DNA from: a virus
Direction: 5' to 3' (one strand)
DNA: 64,000 bases
Virus record (IMG/VR): IMGVR_UViG_3300013006_000024
Location: 32,001-96,000 of that record
Position numbers and translations under genes: made by a program. Of the stretch, positions 1 to 8,582 are shown piece by piece. The notes under the pieces were generated by a model that did no database searches, was not told the origin of the DNA, and saw only the letters and a program-made list of their open reading frames with translations. The stretch's first letter is position 1. Each line of letters opens with the position of its first letter.

Positions 1-402
1 CTCTACACCTCTACCATCAATCATAAACAAGTAATGAGAGGTATATCGGGACTCAACTCTATATGCATTTGTGAACTCTGGCCCCTTCACAATACCTCTG
101 CACACAGAGAATGGCTTAAAATTTTGCACTTCATTCATTTTCAATAGAGTTTCGGTAGGTGAATATTTGCTTCCCTTCAATATTACCTCATCTATGATAT
201 GATCATATGCATCACTGCTGTTGAATTCTGAATTGACAACAGCTTTATCCTTGTGTTCAATCAACCCACGCCCCTCTTTGCATGTAACTGTGCTCACCCC
301 GTTGAGGAGAAATTTATTTAAATTTAAAAAATATATTTTATTATTAATTTCAACATAGTTATCATCAAAGCTAATTTTAAAATATGTATTGTTGTATTGC
401 AT
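1..402 (-). CDS. Hypothetical late protein, runs off the window edge (possible tail-fibre accessory); not in ORF track
   Basis: ATG at 402, open frame MQYNNTYFKISFDDNYVEINNK... to position 1; upstream CATAAATA late-promoter motif; follows the tail-collar gene. Confidence 0.6.
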   Translation of the reverse strand, partial: MQYNNTYFKISFDDNYVEINNKIYFLNLNKFLLNGVSTVTCKEGRGLIEHKDKAVVNSEFNSSDAYDHIIDEVILKGSKYSPTETLLKMNEVQNFKPFSVCRGIVKGPEFTNAYRVESRYTSHYLFMIDGRGVE

Positions 403-413
403 ATTAATAATAT

Positions 414-914
414 TTATGATATTTTAATTATATAATGCAGGCTGATGTAAGGGGGGAGTGTAGCCACCGTAACCGGGTGAGTGTGTGATCCTCCATAGCT
501 TGCAATTCCGGTTAAGTATGTTGCACAGGCTGGCTGATTTTTTCCACCGCATGCCGCACCTGGCGCGTATGTACTTGATCTAAAAGAGCTTTGTTGTGTG
601 GAGTTTAAAGATGTTGCCCCCACAGTTCCTGTTACAGAAGCTTGCCCTCCAGTTGTATTGAGAGGATAAGTACTTCCTGCACCCACAGCAAATCGATCGC
701 GCAAATCTGGCCTGCCTGCTTGCCCATCACACAATGCCCAACCTGAGGGTATGCTAGCTCCATTGTAATTAGACCACATGACTATAGTGCCAACGGGCAC
801 TCCCCCGATGTCTGATATGGACACCCTTCCAGTTGTTGTTCCATCTGACACAGGAACAGACAAGCTCCCACTGGGGGTCATTGGACTAAGCGCAGAGATG
901 GTTGTATCAGCCAT
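414..914 (-). CDS. Phage tail-collar domain protein (short tail fibre type)
   Basis: VPVGTIVMW...IPSGWALCDG...PDLRDRFAVGAG...GG...SHTH...LPPYISLHYIIK collar-domain signature. Confidence 0.85.
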   Translation of the reverse strand: MADTTISALSPMTPSGSLSVPVSDGTTTGRVSISDIGGVPVGTIVMWSNYNGASIPSGWALCDGQAGRPDLRDRFAVGAGSTYPLNTTGGQASVTGTVGATSLNSTQQSSFRSSTYAPGAACGGKNQPACATYLTGIASYGGSHTHPVTVATLPPYISLHYIIKIS

Positions 915-918
915 ATTA

Positions 919-999
919 TTAAGTTATAGTTATAGGTAATATAGCGCCTGTATTAGTAGTTAGCGCGCGCGCTAAATCAGTAATTGTTGTATCGGCCAT
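919..999 (-). pseudogene. 26-aa remnant paralogous to the N-terminus of the tail-collar gene
   Basis: Translates MADTTITDLARALTTNTGAILPITIT*, versus MADTTISALSPMTPSGSLSVPVS of the next gene. Confidence 0.55.
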
Positions 1000-1001
1000 T
1001 T

Positions 1002-1910
1002 TTAATCTCCATAGCTAAACCCACCTGAGTCATAACCACGGCGACCTGGCAGTGCACCCATTCCACGCAATTCACTGGTCGGTAAATCATCTTCTGGATA
1101 TTCTTCAACAGTTTCTACTTCACCGGTACCTTCACCTTCTTTTTTCTCCGAAGCGGGGGTATAGCTGCTTTTAAATTTTAATGAATCAATAAAGTCTTGA
1201 ACAACTTCTTTATCATTAGCCATTTTTTGATCATACGCACGCGTTATAGCCTCAATTACTTCATTTTTAAGTTCAGGTGAATCATAAATGTCGCCTTTCT
1301 CGATAGTAATTTCATCAGGAAGCTCAACAAATATTGGCATCCATTCTTTAATAAAACGTGCATTTGGATTTTTTACAAAACTATTTGCTTTTGGTACTTC
1401 AGGTTGTGCAGGAGATGTACCAGGAGTACCAGGTGCTATAACAGCTTTACCCTTTACTCCTGCATCAACTGCTTGCTTGACTTGATGGGGGCTAGCAGCT
1501 GTACCGCCTTCTGCATCTACTCTTACTACATTTAAAAGATTGTCAACGATGCGCGCAGTATATTTAGCCTCCGTACCACCAAGCTTAAGCTCGTTTTTAA
1601 TTAAATTCTCTAATTCAGTTCTAAATTTCATCTTAGAACCCGGGTAAAACAAATCATATTCTTTACCGTCAACAACATGCTTTGCAGGTTTAAAAAGTTT
1701 AGTCTTTATAGCAGCCAGCAAACGATTAGCAACATCAGCCATAGGTTTACCTTCTTTTGCCGCTACTTTGCCGATTCCATATCCCTTGCCAGGTGCTGAT
1801 TCGAAGTCACCAGAATACCCTATATCACCCATTCCATATATGGGAGCTTCAGAAATAACAGGTTTTTTAACTAAATACGCTTCAAATATGAGTTTACAGT
1901 CCTTATTCAT
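1002..1910 (-). CDS. Hypothetical late (probably head-associated) protein
   Basis: 302-aa ORF; TAAATA 7 nt before ATG; N-terminal DCKLIFEAY motif. Confidence 0.6.
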   Translation of the reverse strand: MNKDCKLIFEAYLVKKPVISEAPIYGMGDIGYSGDFESAPGKGYGIGKVAAKEGKPMADVANRLLAAIKTKLFKPAKHVVDGKEYDLFYPGSKMKFRTELENLIKNELKLGGTEAKYTARIVDNLLNVVRVDAEGGTAASPHQVKQAVDAGVKGKAVIAPGTPGTSPAQPEVPKANSFVKNPNARFIKEWMPIFVELPDEITIEKGDIYDSPELKNEVIEAITRAYDQKMANDKEVVQDFIDSLKFKSSYTPASEKKEGEGTGEVETVEEYPEDDLPTSELRGMGALPGRRGYDSGGFSYGD

Positions 1911-1911
1911 C

Positions 1912-1950
1912 TTGAAATATTTATTCTATTTAATATAATAATTAGGAGGT
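1912..1950 (+). promoter_or_regulatory. Sigma70-like promoter plus strong Shine-Dalgarno for the amidotransferase gene
   Basis: TTGAAA(1912)-16 nt-TATAAT(1934); AGGAGGT at 1944-1950, 8 nt before ATT. Confidence 0.6.
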
Positions 1951-1958
1951 ATAATACT

Positions 1959-2648
1959 ATTTGCGGAATATTTGGAGCTAAAGAATTTACAAACTATGTA
2001 AATCTCTATAAGAGTAATAAGAAAAGAGGCACCTTTTCATATGGCGGACTACTGATCGGTAATAAGATACATGCTATTCTAAAGTCACCTGGTACTGCAA
2101 CTCTTTCTAAAAAGCTAGTTATTGAGTATGGCAAGAAAAGAAGGAACATTACAGATTTTAATTATTTCTTAGGTCATACGCAAGCGCCAACATCATCACA
2201 AAGAGCATTCTCACCTACAACGTCACATCCTTTTCAATATAAAGATTGGCTTATAGCACATAATGGTGTTCTAACAAACCATAAGGAGCTTAAGCTATTA
2301 ATTAGCAATAAAAAAAGCTATAACGTTGTCGATTCGTCAATTATCGCACCATTATTAGATATGCATCTCAAGAAGCATGGTGATGAGATTCTAGCTATTA
2401 TTAAAACTCTTTCACTTTTAAAAGGAACATTCGGTCTTTGGATCTATAATCAAAAATCAGGCCACGTATATATAGCTAGATCTGGTAGTACACTTTATGC
2501 GGATTTTTTAAATAATGAATTTTCTTCTTTACCAAATCCAGATAATGAGTTTGTAGAAGTTGAGGAGGGTTTATTGTACCTCTTAACAAAAGAAGGTATA
2601 ACTAGTGTAGGTAAGTTCACAACAAACTCACCGTTTTTTAATCCATGA
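1959..2648 (+). CDS. Class II (Ntn) glutamine amidotransferase with ATT start codon (ORF track shows only 2361..2648)
   Basis: Open frame (M)CGIFGA...LGHTQAPT...HPF...IAHNGVLTNHKEL...VDSSII; catalytic Cys immediately follows ATT. Confidence 0.85.
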   Translation: MCGIFGAKEFTNYVNLYKSNKKRGTFSYGGLLIGNKIHAILKSPGTATLSKKLVIEYGKKRRNITDFNYFLGHTQAPTSSQRAFSPTTSHPFQYKDWLIAHNGVLTNHKELKLLISNKKSYNVVDSSIIAPLLDMHLKKHGDEILAIIKTLSLLKGTFGLWIYNQKSGHVYIARSGSTLYADFLNNEFSSLPNPDNEFVEVEEGLLYLLTKEGITSVGKFTTNSPFFNP

Positions 2649-3322
2649 ACAATATTGCTTTTTATTTTGCTACTAGAAGCTCGGATGCTAAACAAACTTC
2701 AGCATATAAGTCACTTATTCGATTGAAAGATAAAATAGATATCTTATTTGATGCTGATAATAAAGAAGGATTAAGCAAAAAATATAATGAAATTTTAAAT
2801 GAATATAGAAACGATTATAAATTTATCGTTTTTGTTCATGATGATGTTTATGTTGACGATCTTGCAGTAAATGAAAAGCTAGAGAAAGCTCATCAAGATT
2901 TTGATATAGTCGGGCTTGCCGGTGGCGTTAATCCGAAGATCCAGAAATTAGCTTTATGGCATTTAATGTGTGGTGGGTTTAATGGAAATAATTTGAGGGG
3001 CGCGGTAGCCCATCCTTGTAATGATCATGGACAGATATTTATGACGTCGTTTGGACCTACCCCTGCAAGAGTAGCTATACTTGATGGGCTATTCATGAGT
3101 ATTAACACAAAAAGAACCAAACAGGTCGACTGGAAGTTTAATGAAAATTATACCTTTCATCATTATGATATAGCTAGTAGCTTAGACGCAAATGTTAAGA
3201 AACTAAAATTAGGGGTAGCACCTATATGGGTCGTACACAAATCGCCCGGACTTTTAAATACGAATGATGAAATATTTGTATCGAGCCAAGATAAGTTTTT
3301 AAAAGAATACAGTGGTTATTGA
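2645..3322 (+). CDS. GT-A fold (GT2-like) glycosyltransferase
   Basis: GLSKKYN, FIVFVHDDV (DxD-like), DIVGLAG, LDGLFM, FHHYD motifs. Confidence 0.75.
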   Translation: MNNIAFYFATRSSDAKQTSAYKSLIRLKDKIDILFDADNKEGLSKKYNEILNEYRNDYKFIVFVHDDVYVDDLAVNEKLEKAHQDFDIVGLAGGVNPKIQKLALWHLMCGGFNGNNLRGAVAHPCNDHGQIFMTSFGPTPARVAILDGLFMSINTKRTKQVDWKFNENYTFHHYDIASSLDANVKKLKLGVAPIWVVHKSPGLLNTNDEIFVSSQDKFLKEYSGY

Positions 3323-3346
3323 TTACTATAAAGTCTAGTATATCAT
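3319..3346 (+). promoter_or_regulatory. Early/middle sigma70-like promoter of helicase operon
   Basis: TTGATT-16-TATCAT, then 6 nt to ATG 3353. Confidence 0.55.
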
Positions 3347-3352
3347 AGAGTA

Positions 3353-4681
3353 ATGGCTAAGCTAGATTTAGATTATTTTGAAGTTATTATAGCTTACAAA
3401 TCTCTTACAGACGAATCATATTTAGCTTCTATCGTCGATTACATTAAACCTTTGTATTTTAAAAACAAAGACATAAAAGTTGTTTTTGAAATTATTAGAG
3501 AGTTTTATGAAAAAAGAGCGACATGCCCTACTCTAACAGAAATTAAATCTTATTTAACTACCGATGAACTTAAAAGTTCTTTTAAGAATGCCGTTAATCT
3601 TTTTAATAATATTGAAAAGAATTTTAATGTCGATGAACTTACTGCTAATACCGAAATTTTTATTAAGGAAAAATCAGTCTACCATACAATGATGGATGTG
3701 GTGGATGATATTAATAAAAACAGCGTAGATACATCTAAAATATTAGATAAGTTTGAAAAAGCATGCAATATCTCGCTTACTACTGATATTGGGTTAGATC
3801 TGTTTAATGATGTTAGTAAAGTAATTGATAATCTCCATTCTAATGAAAAATATATTCCCTCTAAGTGGAAATGGTTAGACGATAAAATCGGCGGTGGGTT
3901 TTTAGAGGAAGGTAAAGCCCTTTATTTGTTTGCCGGTGAAACTAATATTGGTAAGAGTATATTTCTAGGTAATATTGCGGTAAACATCGCTGAACAAGGA
4001 AAAACAGTATTATTGGTTTCTCTTGAAATGCCAGAAATTATTTACGCTAAACGCCTTTGCTCTAGTGTATCAAAGATTCCCCTTGGACAGCTTAAAATTG
4101 AATCCGAGACCCTTAAGACTCAGTTAGACGAATATTGTATCGAGCACCCTAATTCAAAAATTATTATTAAAGAATTTCCGCCCGCAACTATAACTGCAAA
4201 TCATCTCAAAGCATTTACAAAAAAACTAATTCAAAAGGGAATTAAGATTGATGCGATAGTTCTTGATTATGTTAATTTGCTTAACTCTACCTACGGTGAT
4301 AGTAGTTATGAGAGAATTAAGATATGTACTGAGCAGCTAAGAGCTATTTCTTATCACTTTAATTGCCCTATTATATCTGCAACTCAGCTTAATAGAGAAG
4401 GCTATGATATATCTGATCCCGGCTTAAAGACTATATCCGAAAGTATTGGACTTGCTATGACCGGTGACGTTATTTTAAGTATTTGGCAAGAAGATACAGA
4501 TAAAGAGCTAGGTGTTATAAAGATGGGCTTTATGAAAAATAGATTCGGTCCAAATTTCGGTCATTGTGCAATGCGTATAGACTATTCTACATTAACTATT
4601 ACCGAAGACGAACATATAAATGATACGGAGGCGAGCACATCTTCTATTAGTACTTTGTCTAAATTAGCAATAGATAATTGA
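3353..4681 (+). CDS. gp41: DnaB-like replicative helicase (T4 gp41-like)
   Basis: Walker A AGETNIGKS, VSLEM, VLDYVNL, SATQLNREG, ISESIGL, KNRFG. Confidence 0.92.
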   Translation: MAKLDLDYFEVIIAYKSLTDESYLASIVDYIKPLYFKNKDIKVVFEIIREFYEKRATCPTLTEIKSYLTTDELKSSFKNAVNLFNNIEKNFNVDELTANTEIFIKEKSVYHTMMDVVDDINKNSVDTSKILDKFEKACNISLTTDIGLDLFNDVSKVIDNLHSNEKYIPSKWKWLDDKIGGGFLEEGKALYLFAGETNIGKSIFLGNIAVNIAEQGKTVLLVSLEMPEIIYAKRLCSSVSKIPLGQLKIESETLKTQLDEYCIEHPNSKIIIKEFPPATITANHLKAFTKKLIQKGIKIDAIVLDYVNLLNSTYGDSSYERIKICTEQLRAISYHFNCPIISATQLNREGYDISDPGLKTISESIGLAMTGDVILSIWQEDTDKELGVIKMGFMKNRFGPNFGHCAMRIDYSTLTITEDEHINDTEASTSSISTLSKLAIDN

Positions 4682-4706
4682 TTTTTTATAAATAATTAAT
4701 AATTAG

Positions 4707-5003
4707 TTGTCTACAGTGAAAGGCTACGATCCCTCAGAACAAATAACTGAGTTCGAACAAAACCATACGTTTTTGTCGTTCTGCTCTTTAATAACATTAA
4801 TGCATACAAAAAAGTTGAATTTAGCGAATGTGTTCATATTATTATTAAAGAGTAAGGAAATAAGGGAGCTATTTAAAATGCATTGTGAACTTAAAAACGA
4901 TTTTTCAGCAGTAAAATTTTTCTTGCAATTCGACTCAGGATTGTATAAAAGTAAGTACATTATGAAGTTTTTAAATTCCTGCAAAAAGAGTTTATTTTTA
5001 TGA
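4707..5003 (+). CDS. Hypothetical protein
   Basis: 98-aa ORF, stop overlaps the next start (ATGA); upstream TATAAATA. Confidence 0.55.
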   Translation: MSTVKGYDPSEQITEFEQNHTFLSFCSLITLMHTKKLNLANVFILLLKSKEIRELFKMHCELKNDFSAVKFFLQFDSGLYKSKYIMKFLNSCKKSLFL

Positions 5004-5209
5004 GACCAGTAAATGTTGAAGTTAAGTTGGATAAGAAGAAGTGCACCGATAAAGCATATTTTGATAAAATGTGGAATAAATTTAGTAGAGAATATATGAA
5101 CTCTGGTATTGTTGAAGAATTGAGATTGAAGAGGTGTTATTACAAGCCAAGTATGTTACGCAAGATAAAGAAGCAGATAGTTAGAAACAAGTGGAAGCAT
5201 TTGCGTTGA
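5000..5209 (+). CDS. rpsU: Ribosomal protein bS21 homologue
   Basis: FDKMWNKFSREYMNSGIVEELRLKRCYYKPSMLRK matches the bS21 pattern F..ALRRFKR....G...E.R.R..YEKP...RK; 69 aa, basic. Confidence 0.8.
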   Translation: MRPVNVEVKLDKKKCTDKAYFDKMWNKFSREYMNSGIVEELRLKRCYYKPSMLRKIKKQIVRNKWKHLR

Positions 5210-5847
5210 TCACCGAGTTCGATAAATTAATTTACAATACATTTTTAAGGGTTTCGCGATCGAAAAACAAATTACCTTTTAAATTGCGTAAAAATTTTGA
5301 TAAACTTAATAACGAAACATTTGTATCAATTAAAAAGGTTAGTAATTTTTTAAAAAGATTTCCGCATATTAAGATTGAAGAGTATTTTAAAGCGCCGTAT
5401 TCTATATACTCTGACGAAGAATATTTTCCTTTAGATTATTATCACACTCTTAAGGCTACTAAAGCATATACATTGTTTAATAAGAAGCAAGAAAATTTAG
5501 ATCCAGATTCTGATGAACAATTAATCGGTATAAAAGAATCTATTTTGTTTATTAAGAATTTTTGTATAGCTAAAAATCTCTCTCCTGCAAATTACATTAA
5601 TCATAGAACAAATAATGAATATTCTTTTATTCTTCATCTAAAAGAACATAAAGTGAACATATATACGCTTTTAGGGTATTCCAATTTTGAGAAAACTATA
5701 AAACAAAGAGATGCCGAGGTAGTCAAATTTATTATAGGCGAGAATCTTTATAATAACATTTCTGTATATAGAACAAAATTATATAATTCTCAAAAAGCTT
5801 CTAAATTAGTTGAACTCGGTCTCAAAAAAATTTTAAATAATGCTTGA
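5191..5847 (+). CDS. Hypothetical replication-module protein (sits where gp59 helicase loader lies in T4; start may be TTG 5206)
   Basis: Basic ~215-aa ORF immediately upstream of gp32; assignment by synteny and size only. Confidence 0.45.
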   Translation: MEAFALITEFDKLIYNTFLRVSRSKNKLPFKLRKNFDKLNNETFVSIKKVSNFLKRFPHIKIEEYFKAPYSIYSDEEYFPLDYYHTLKATKAYTLFNKKQENLDPDSDEQLIGIKESILFIKNFCIAKNLSPANYINHRTNNEYSFILHLKEHKVNIYTLLGYSNFEKTIKQRDAEVVKFIIGENLYNNISVYRTKLYNSQKASKLVELGLKKILNNA

Positions 5848-5880
5848 TTTAAAATTATAAGCTATTATCATAATAATAAT

Positions 5881-6720
5881 ATGAGTACATTTACCGCATC
5901 GATGTTTGAGAGCATTAAAGGCGCTCTTACTAAAAATAACGAAACCGCTTCTTCTAAAATTAAGGATTATTTGCGCTGTGAGGTAGGAAATACCTATACA
6001 GTCCGACTTCTTCCTAATGTAAAAGACCCATCGAAGACATTTTTCCATTATTATTCTTATGGGTGGAATAGCCTTACGACTGGTCAACTAGTCACAGCTA
6101 TTAGCCCGACTACTTGGAATCAACGCGATCCTATTGCCGAGGAACGCTATCGTGTATTACGCAACGGTACTGAAAAAGAAAAAGAGAAAGCACTTGCTAT
6201 TAAGCGCCGTGAAAATTGGCTTGTAAGTGTATATGTTATTAACGATCCGGTTAATGCCGACAATAACGGGAAGATTAAGCTTCTGCGCTTTGGTCGTCAG
6301 CTTCATAAAATTGTTATGGACGCTATTGAGGGCGAAGAAGCCGCTGAGCTTGGCCCGCGTATTTTCGATCTTTCACCTAAGGGCTGTAATCTTAGAATTA
6401 AGGTTGAGAAGCAGGGTGATTATCCTACATATGTTTCTTCGAAGTTCTCTACTCCTAAGGAAATCGAAGGTCTGGAAGAAGATGACTTTAAGAAGATCTA
6501 CAATAATGCCTTTGATCTTGAGTCATATGTATCTGTCAAGAGTTACGATGAACTCAAGACTATACTTGATGAGCATTATCATGGTACTAAAGACGTTGAT
6601 GATACTGCTGATGCACCGGTGCAAGTCACAACAAGCGCACCAACACCTGTTGCTAAAAAAGCTACAGTAAAAGTCGCTGAAAGCGATGAATCAATAGATA
6701 ACCTTTTAAAAGATCTATAA
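5881..6720 (+). CDS. gp32: Single-stranded DNA-binding protein (T4 gp32-like)
   Basis: TVRLLP, VYVINDP..ADNNGKIK, FG..LHKI, IFDL..KGCNLRIK, YPTYVSSKF; acidic tail DESIDNLLKDL. Confidence 0.9.
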   Translation: MSTFTASMFESIKGALTKNNETASSKIKDYLRCEVGNTYTVRLLPNVKDPSKTFFHYYSYGWNSLTTGQLVTAISPTTWNQRDPIAEERYRVLRNGTEKEKEKALAIKRRENWLVSVYVINDPVNADNNGKIKLLRFGRQLHKIVMDAIEGEEAAELGPRIFDLSPKGCNLRIKVEKQGDYPTYVSSKFSTPKEIEGLEEDDFKKIYNNAFDLESYVSVKSYDELKTILDEHYHGTKDVDDTADAPVQVTTSAPTPVAKKATVKVAESDESIDNLLKDL

Positions 6721-6724
6721 TAAC

Positions 6725-7102
6725 ATGGATGCTTTCAGAGAAGATCTTTCTCCAGAAGAAATTAAGATGGCTACCATAGCTTTTATGGGCCAACATCTAA
6801 CAGGTGATCTTAAGATGCTTCAGAGTAATATGGTCTCACAGAACCCTACTTGCCTTGGTAATTCATTAAATCCGCTACAGGTGATTAATACTATACCGAC
6901 TGCACAACAGCCTAACCCAGTGCATACAACCGTTAATGCGGGTATTAATATTCCACGCCCGCAACCTCAACAGAATTATGTACAGGTAACAGAGCATCGA
7001 AATAGTATCCAGGAAAAAGCTACCGATAATTTAATTTTAAAAGAAATAGCTAATACATTAAAGAGAATAGAAGAGAAGCTGGATAAGATAAAAATATCTT
7101 GA
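6725..7102 (+). CDS. Hypothetical protein (Q/P-rich linker, C-terminal coiled coil)
   Basis: Tightly packed 125-aa ORF between gp32 and gp45. Confidence 0.6.
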   Translation: MDAFREDLSPEEIKMATIAFMGQHLTGDLKMLQSNMVSQNPTCLGNSLNPLQVINTIPTAQQPNPVHTTVNAGINIPRPQPQQNYVQVTEHRNSIQEKATDNLILKEIANTLKRIEEKLDKIKIS

Positions 7103-7134
7103 ATAACAAGATATATATGCTATTATAAAGATTA

Positions 7135-7866
7135 ATGAATCTTAAAATAGCTAATAAAGATATTTTTTTAAATAACTTTTTAACACCGTTAAGTAAGGTA
7201 ACGGATAGTGCAGTAATAAATGTTAGTAAGGGTAAGTTGAGCTCGCTTATTTCTACGAGCGATAATACAATTATTGTTGGTGTTAATTTTACAGACAGTA
7301 GTATTGATGCTGTTAAATGTCTCAATATACCCGATGTAAAGAAATTTGTTAGAGTTATTTCTTGTATTGAGCATGATACATTTGAGCTAGATATTTCATC
7401 GAACTTTATTGGGTATTCGTCTGATAGCGTTAGGTTTAAGTACCATCTATACGATGATAATATTATTACTACACCTAAGCTAAACATGGAAAAGATTAAA
7501 ACTCTTGAATTTGATGGCTCCTTTACGTTGCCTTATACATCAGTTATTAGCCTCATAAAAGGCAGTTCTATAAGTACGGAGACAAATAAGATTTATATAT
7601 CTGTTAAAGATACTACAGTTTTCGGTGAACTAACGGATAAAACGAGAAGCAACATAGATTCGTATGGTATAAAGATTGCTGAAGATTATAAGGGCACTCA
7701 ATTTGCCTTACCTTTACCGTTGAACTTTGAAATATTTAGAATAATTTCTTCTATGAGATTCAAAGAATTACAATCCCAAATAATAACAAAATTAGGAGTA
7801 ATGACATTAGATCTTAAACTTGAAAATTCTGACTTTAAGTTTGTTATCTCTGCATTAGCAAATTAA
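7135..7866 (+). CDS. gp45: Sliding clamp (T4 gp45-like)
   Basis: 243-aa two-domain beta-rich pattern (LNIPDVKKF, FKYHLYDD, FVISAL); replisome context; promoter TTGAAT-16-TATTAT upstream. Confidence 0.7.
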   Translation: MNLKIANKDIFLNNFLTPLSKVTDSAVINVSKGKLSSLISTSDNTIIVGVNFTDSSIDAVKCLNIPDVKKFVRVISCIEHDTFELDISSNFIGYSSDSVRFKYHLYDDNIITTPKLNMEKIKTLEFDGSFTLPYTSVISLIKGSSISTETNKIYISVKDTTVFGELTDKTRSNIDSYGIKIAEDYKGTQFALPLPLNFEIFRIISSMRFKELQSQIITKLGVMTLDLKLENSDFKFVISALAN

Positions 7867-8237
7867 TGTATAAAACAAGTAAAAATAAATTAAGAACGCC
7901 AAGTTACTTTATTAAAAGGCTTAGGGACAATAGATTTATTGTAATTAAGATTTTTTCTGTTTATTCCAAAGGTGACCCGCGGCAATGGACTATAATGGTT
8001 AATCCTAGCGAGGCATCTGTTATGATTACTTGCTACCTTAATAAGGATAATATGGACGAAATTCTATTTGAATTCAATGATGGGGGCCGTAAGATTCTTA
8101 AGAATTTCTTTATTAAAACCGATAGTATTGAAGTTATTATTGATTATCTTATTAAAAACGGTGTTTCTAACAATGCTGATTACCCAGGAAGAGAAAGATA
8201 CTTGTCAAAAAGATTAAATACTTATGATGAAAAATAA
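7866..8237 (+). CDS. Hypothetical protein
   Basis: 123-aa ORF coupled to gp45 (TAATG). Confidence 0.6.
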   Translation: MYKTSKNKLRTPSYFIKRLRDNRFIVIKIFSVYSKGDPRQWTIMVNPSEASVMITCYLNKDNMDEILFEFNDGGRKILKNFFIKTDSIEVIIDYLIKNGVSNNADYPGRERYLSKRLNTYDEK

Positions 8238-8556
8238 GAACTCATCTAAAGGTAATGACGGTAAAAATACACCCTTTAATCCTAATGAAAATAAAGAGGT
8301 AAAAGAGCTTACTCATAAAGCATTAGTTTCTTTCTTGAGAGATCAAATTAAAGAAAAGTCTGACAATAAAACGGATTTAGACGTATTAACTAGTCAGGTT
8401 TTAGAATTTTTAAATAGCTTTATTTTAATCGGCTACAATTTTAATGGTGAGCCTATTTCTATTATTTCTGCTCATAACCAACAAGAAGCCGATTCTCTTG
8501 GAACACTAATTAATAAGTTTATTTTTAATAACGCTAAAGATACTTTTGGAGATTAA
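8224..8556 (+). CDS. Hypothetical protein
   Basis: 110-aa ORF; TAAATA 6 nt before the second ATG (8227). Confidence 0.6.
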   Translation: MMKNKNSSKGNDGKNTPFNPNENKEVKELTHKALVSFLRDQIKEKSDNKTDLDVLTSQVLEFLNSFILIGYNFNGEPISIISAHNQQEADSLGTLINKFIFNNAKDTFGD

Positions 8557-8582
8557 TAAAAGTTATATTAAAATAATAATAC

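Noticed and set aside
2361-2648. 95-aa ORF as a complete gene, or the upstream part as a pseudogene
   Set aside because: The frame is open back to ATT 1959 with all amidotransferase motifs intact
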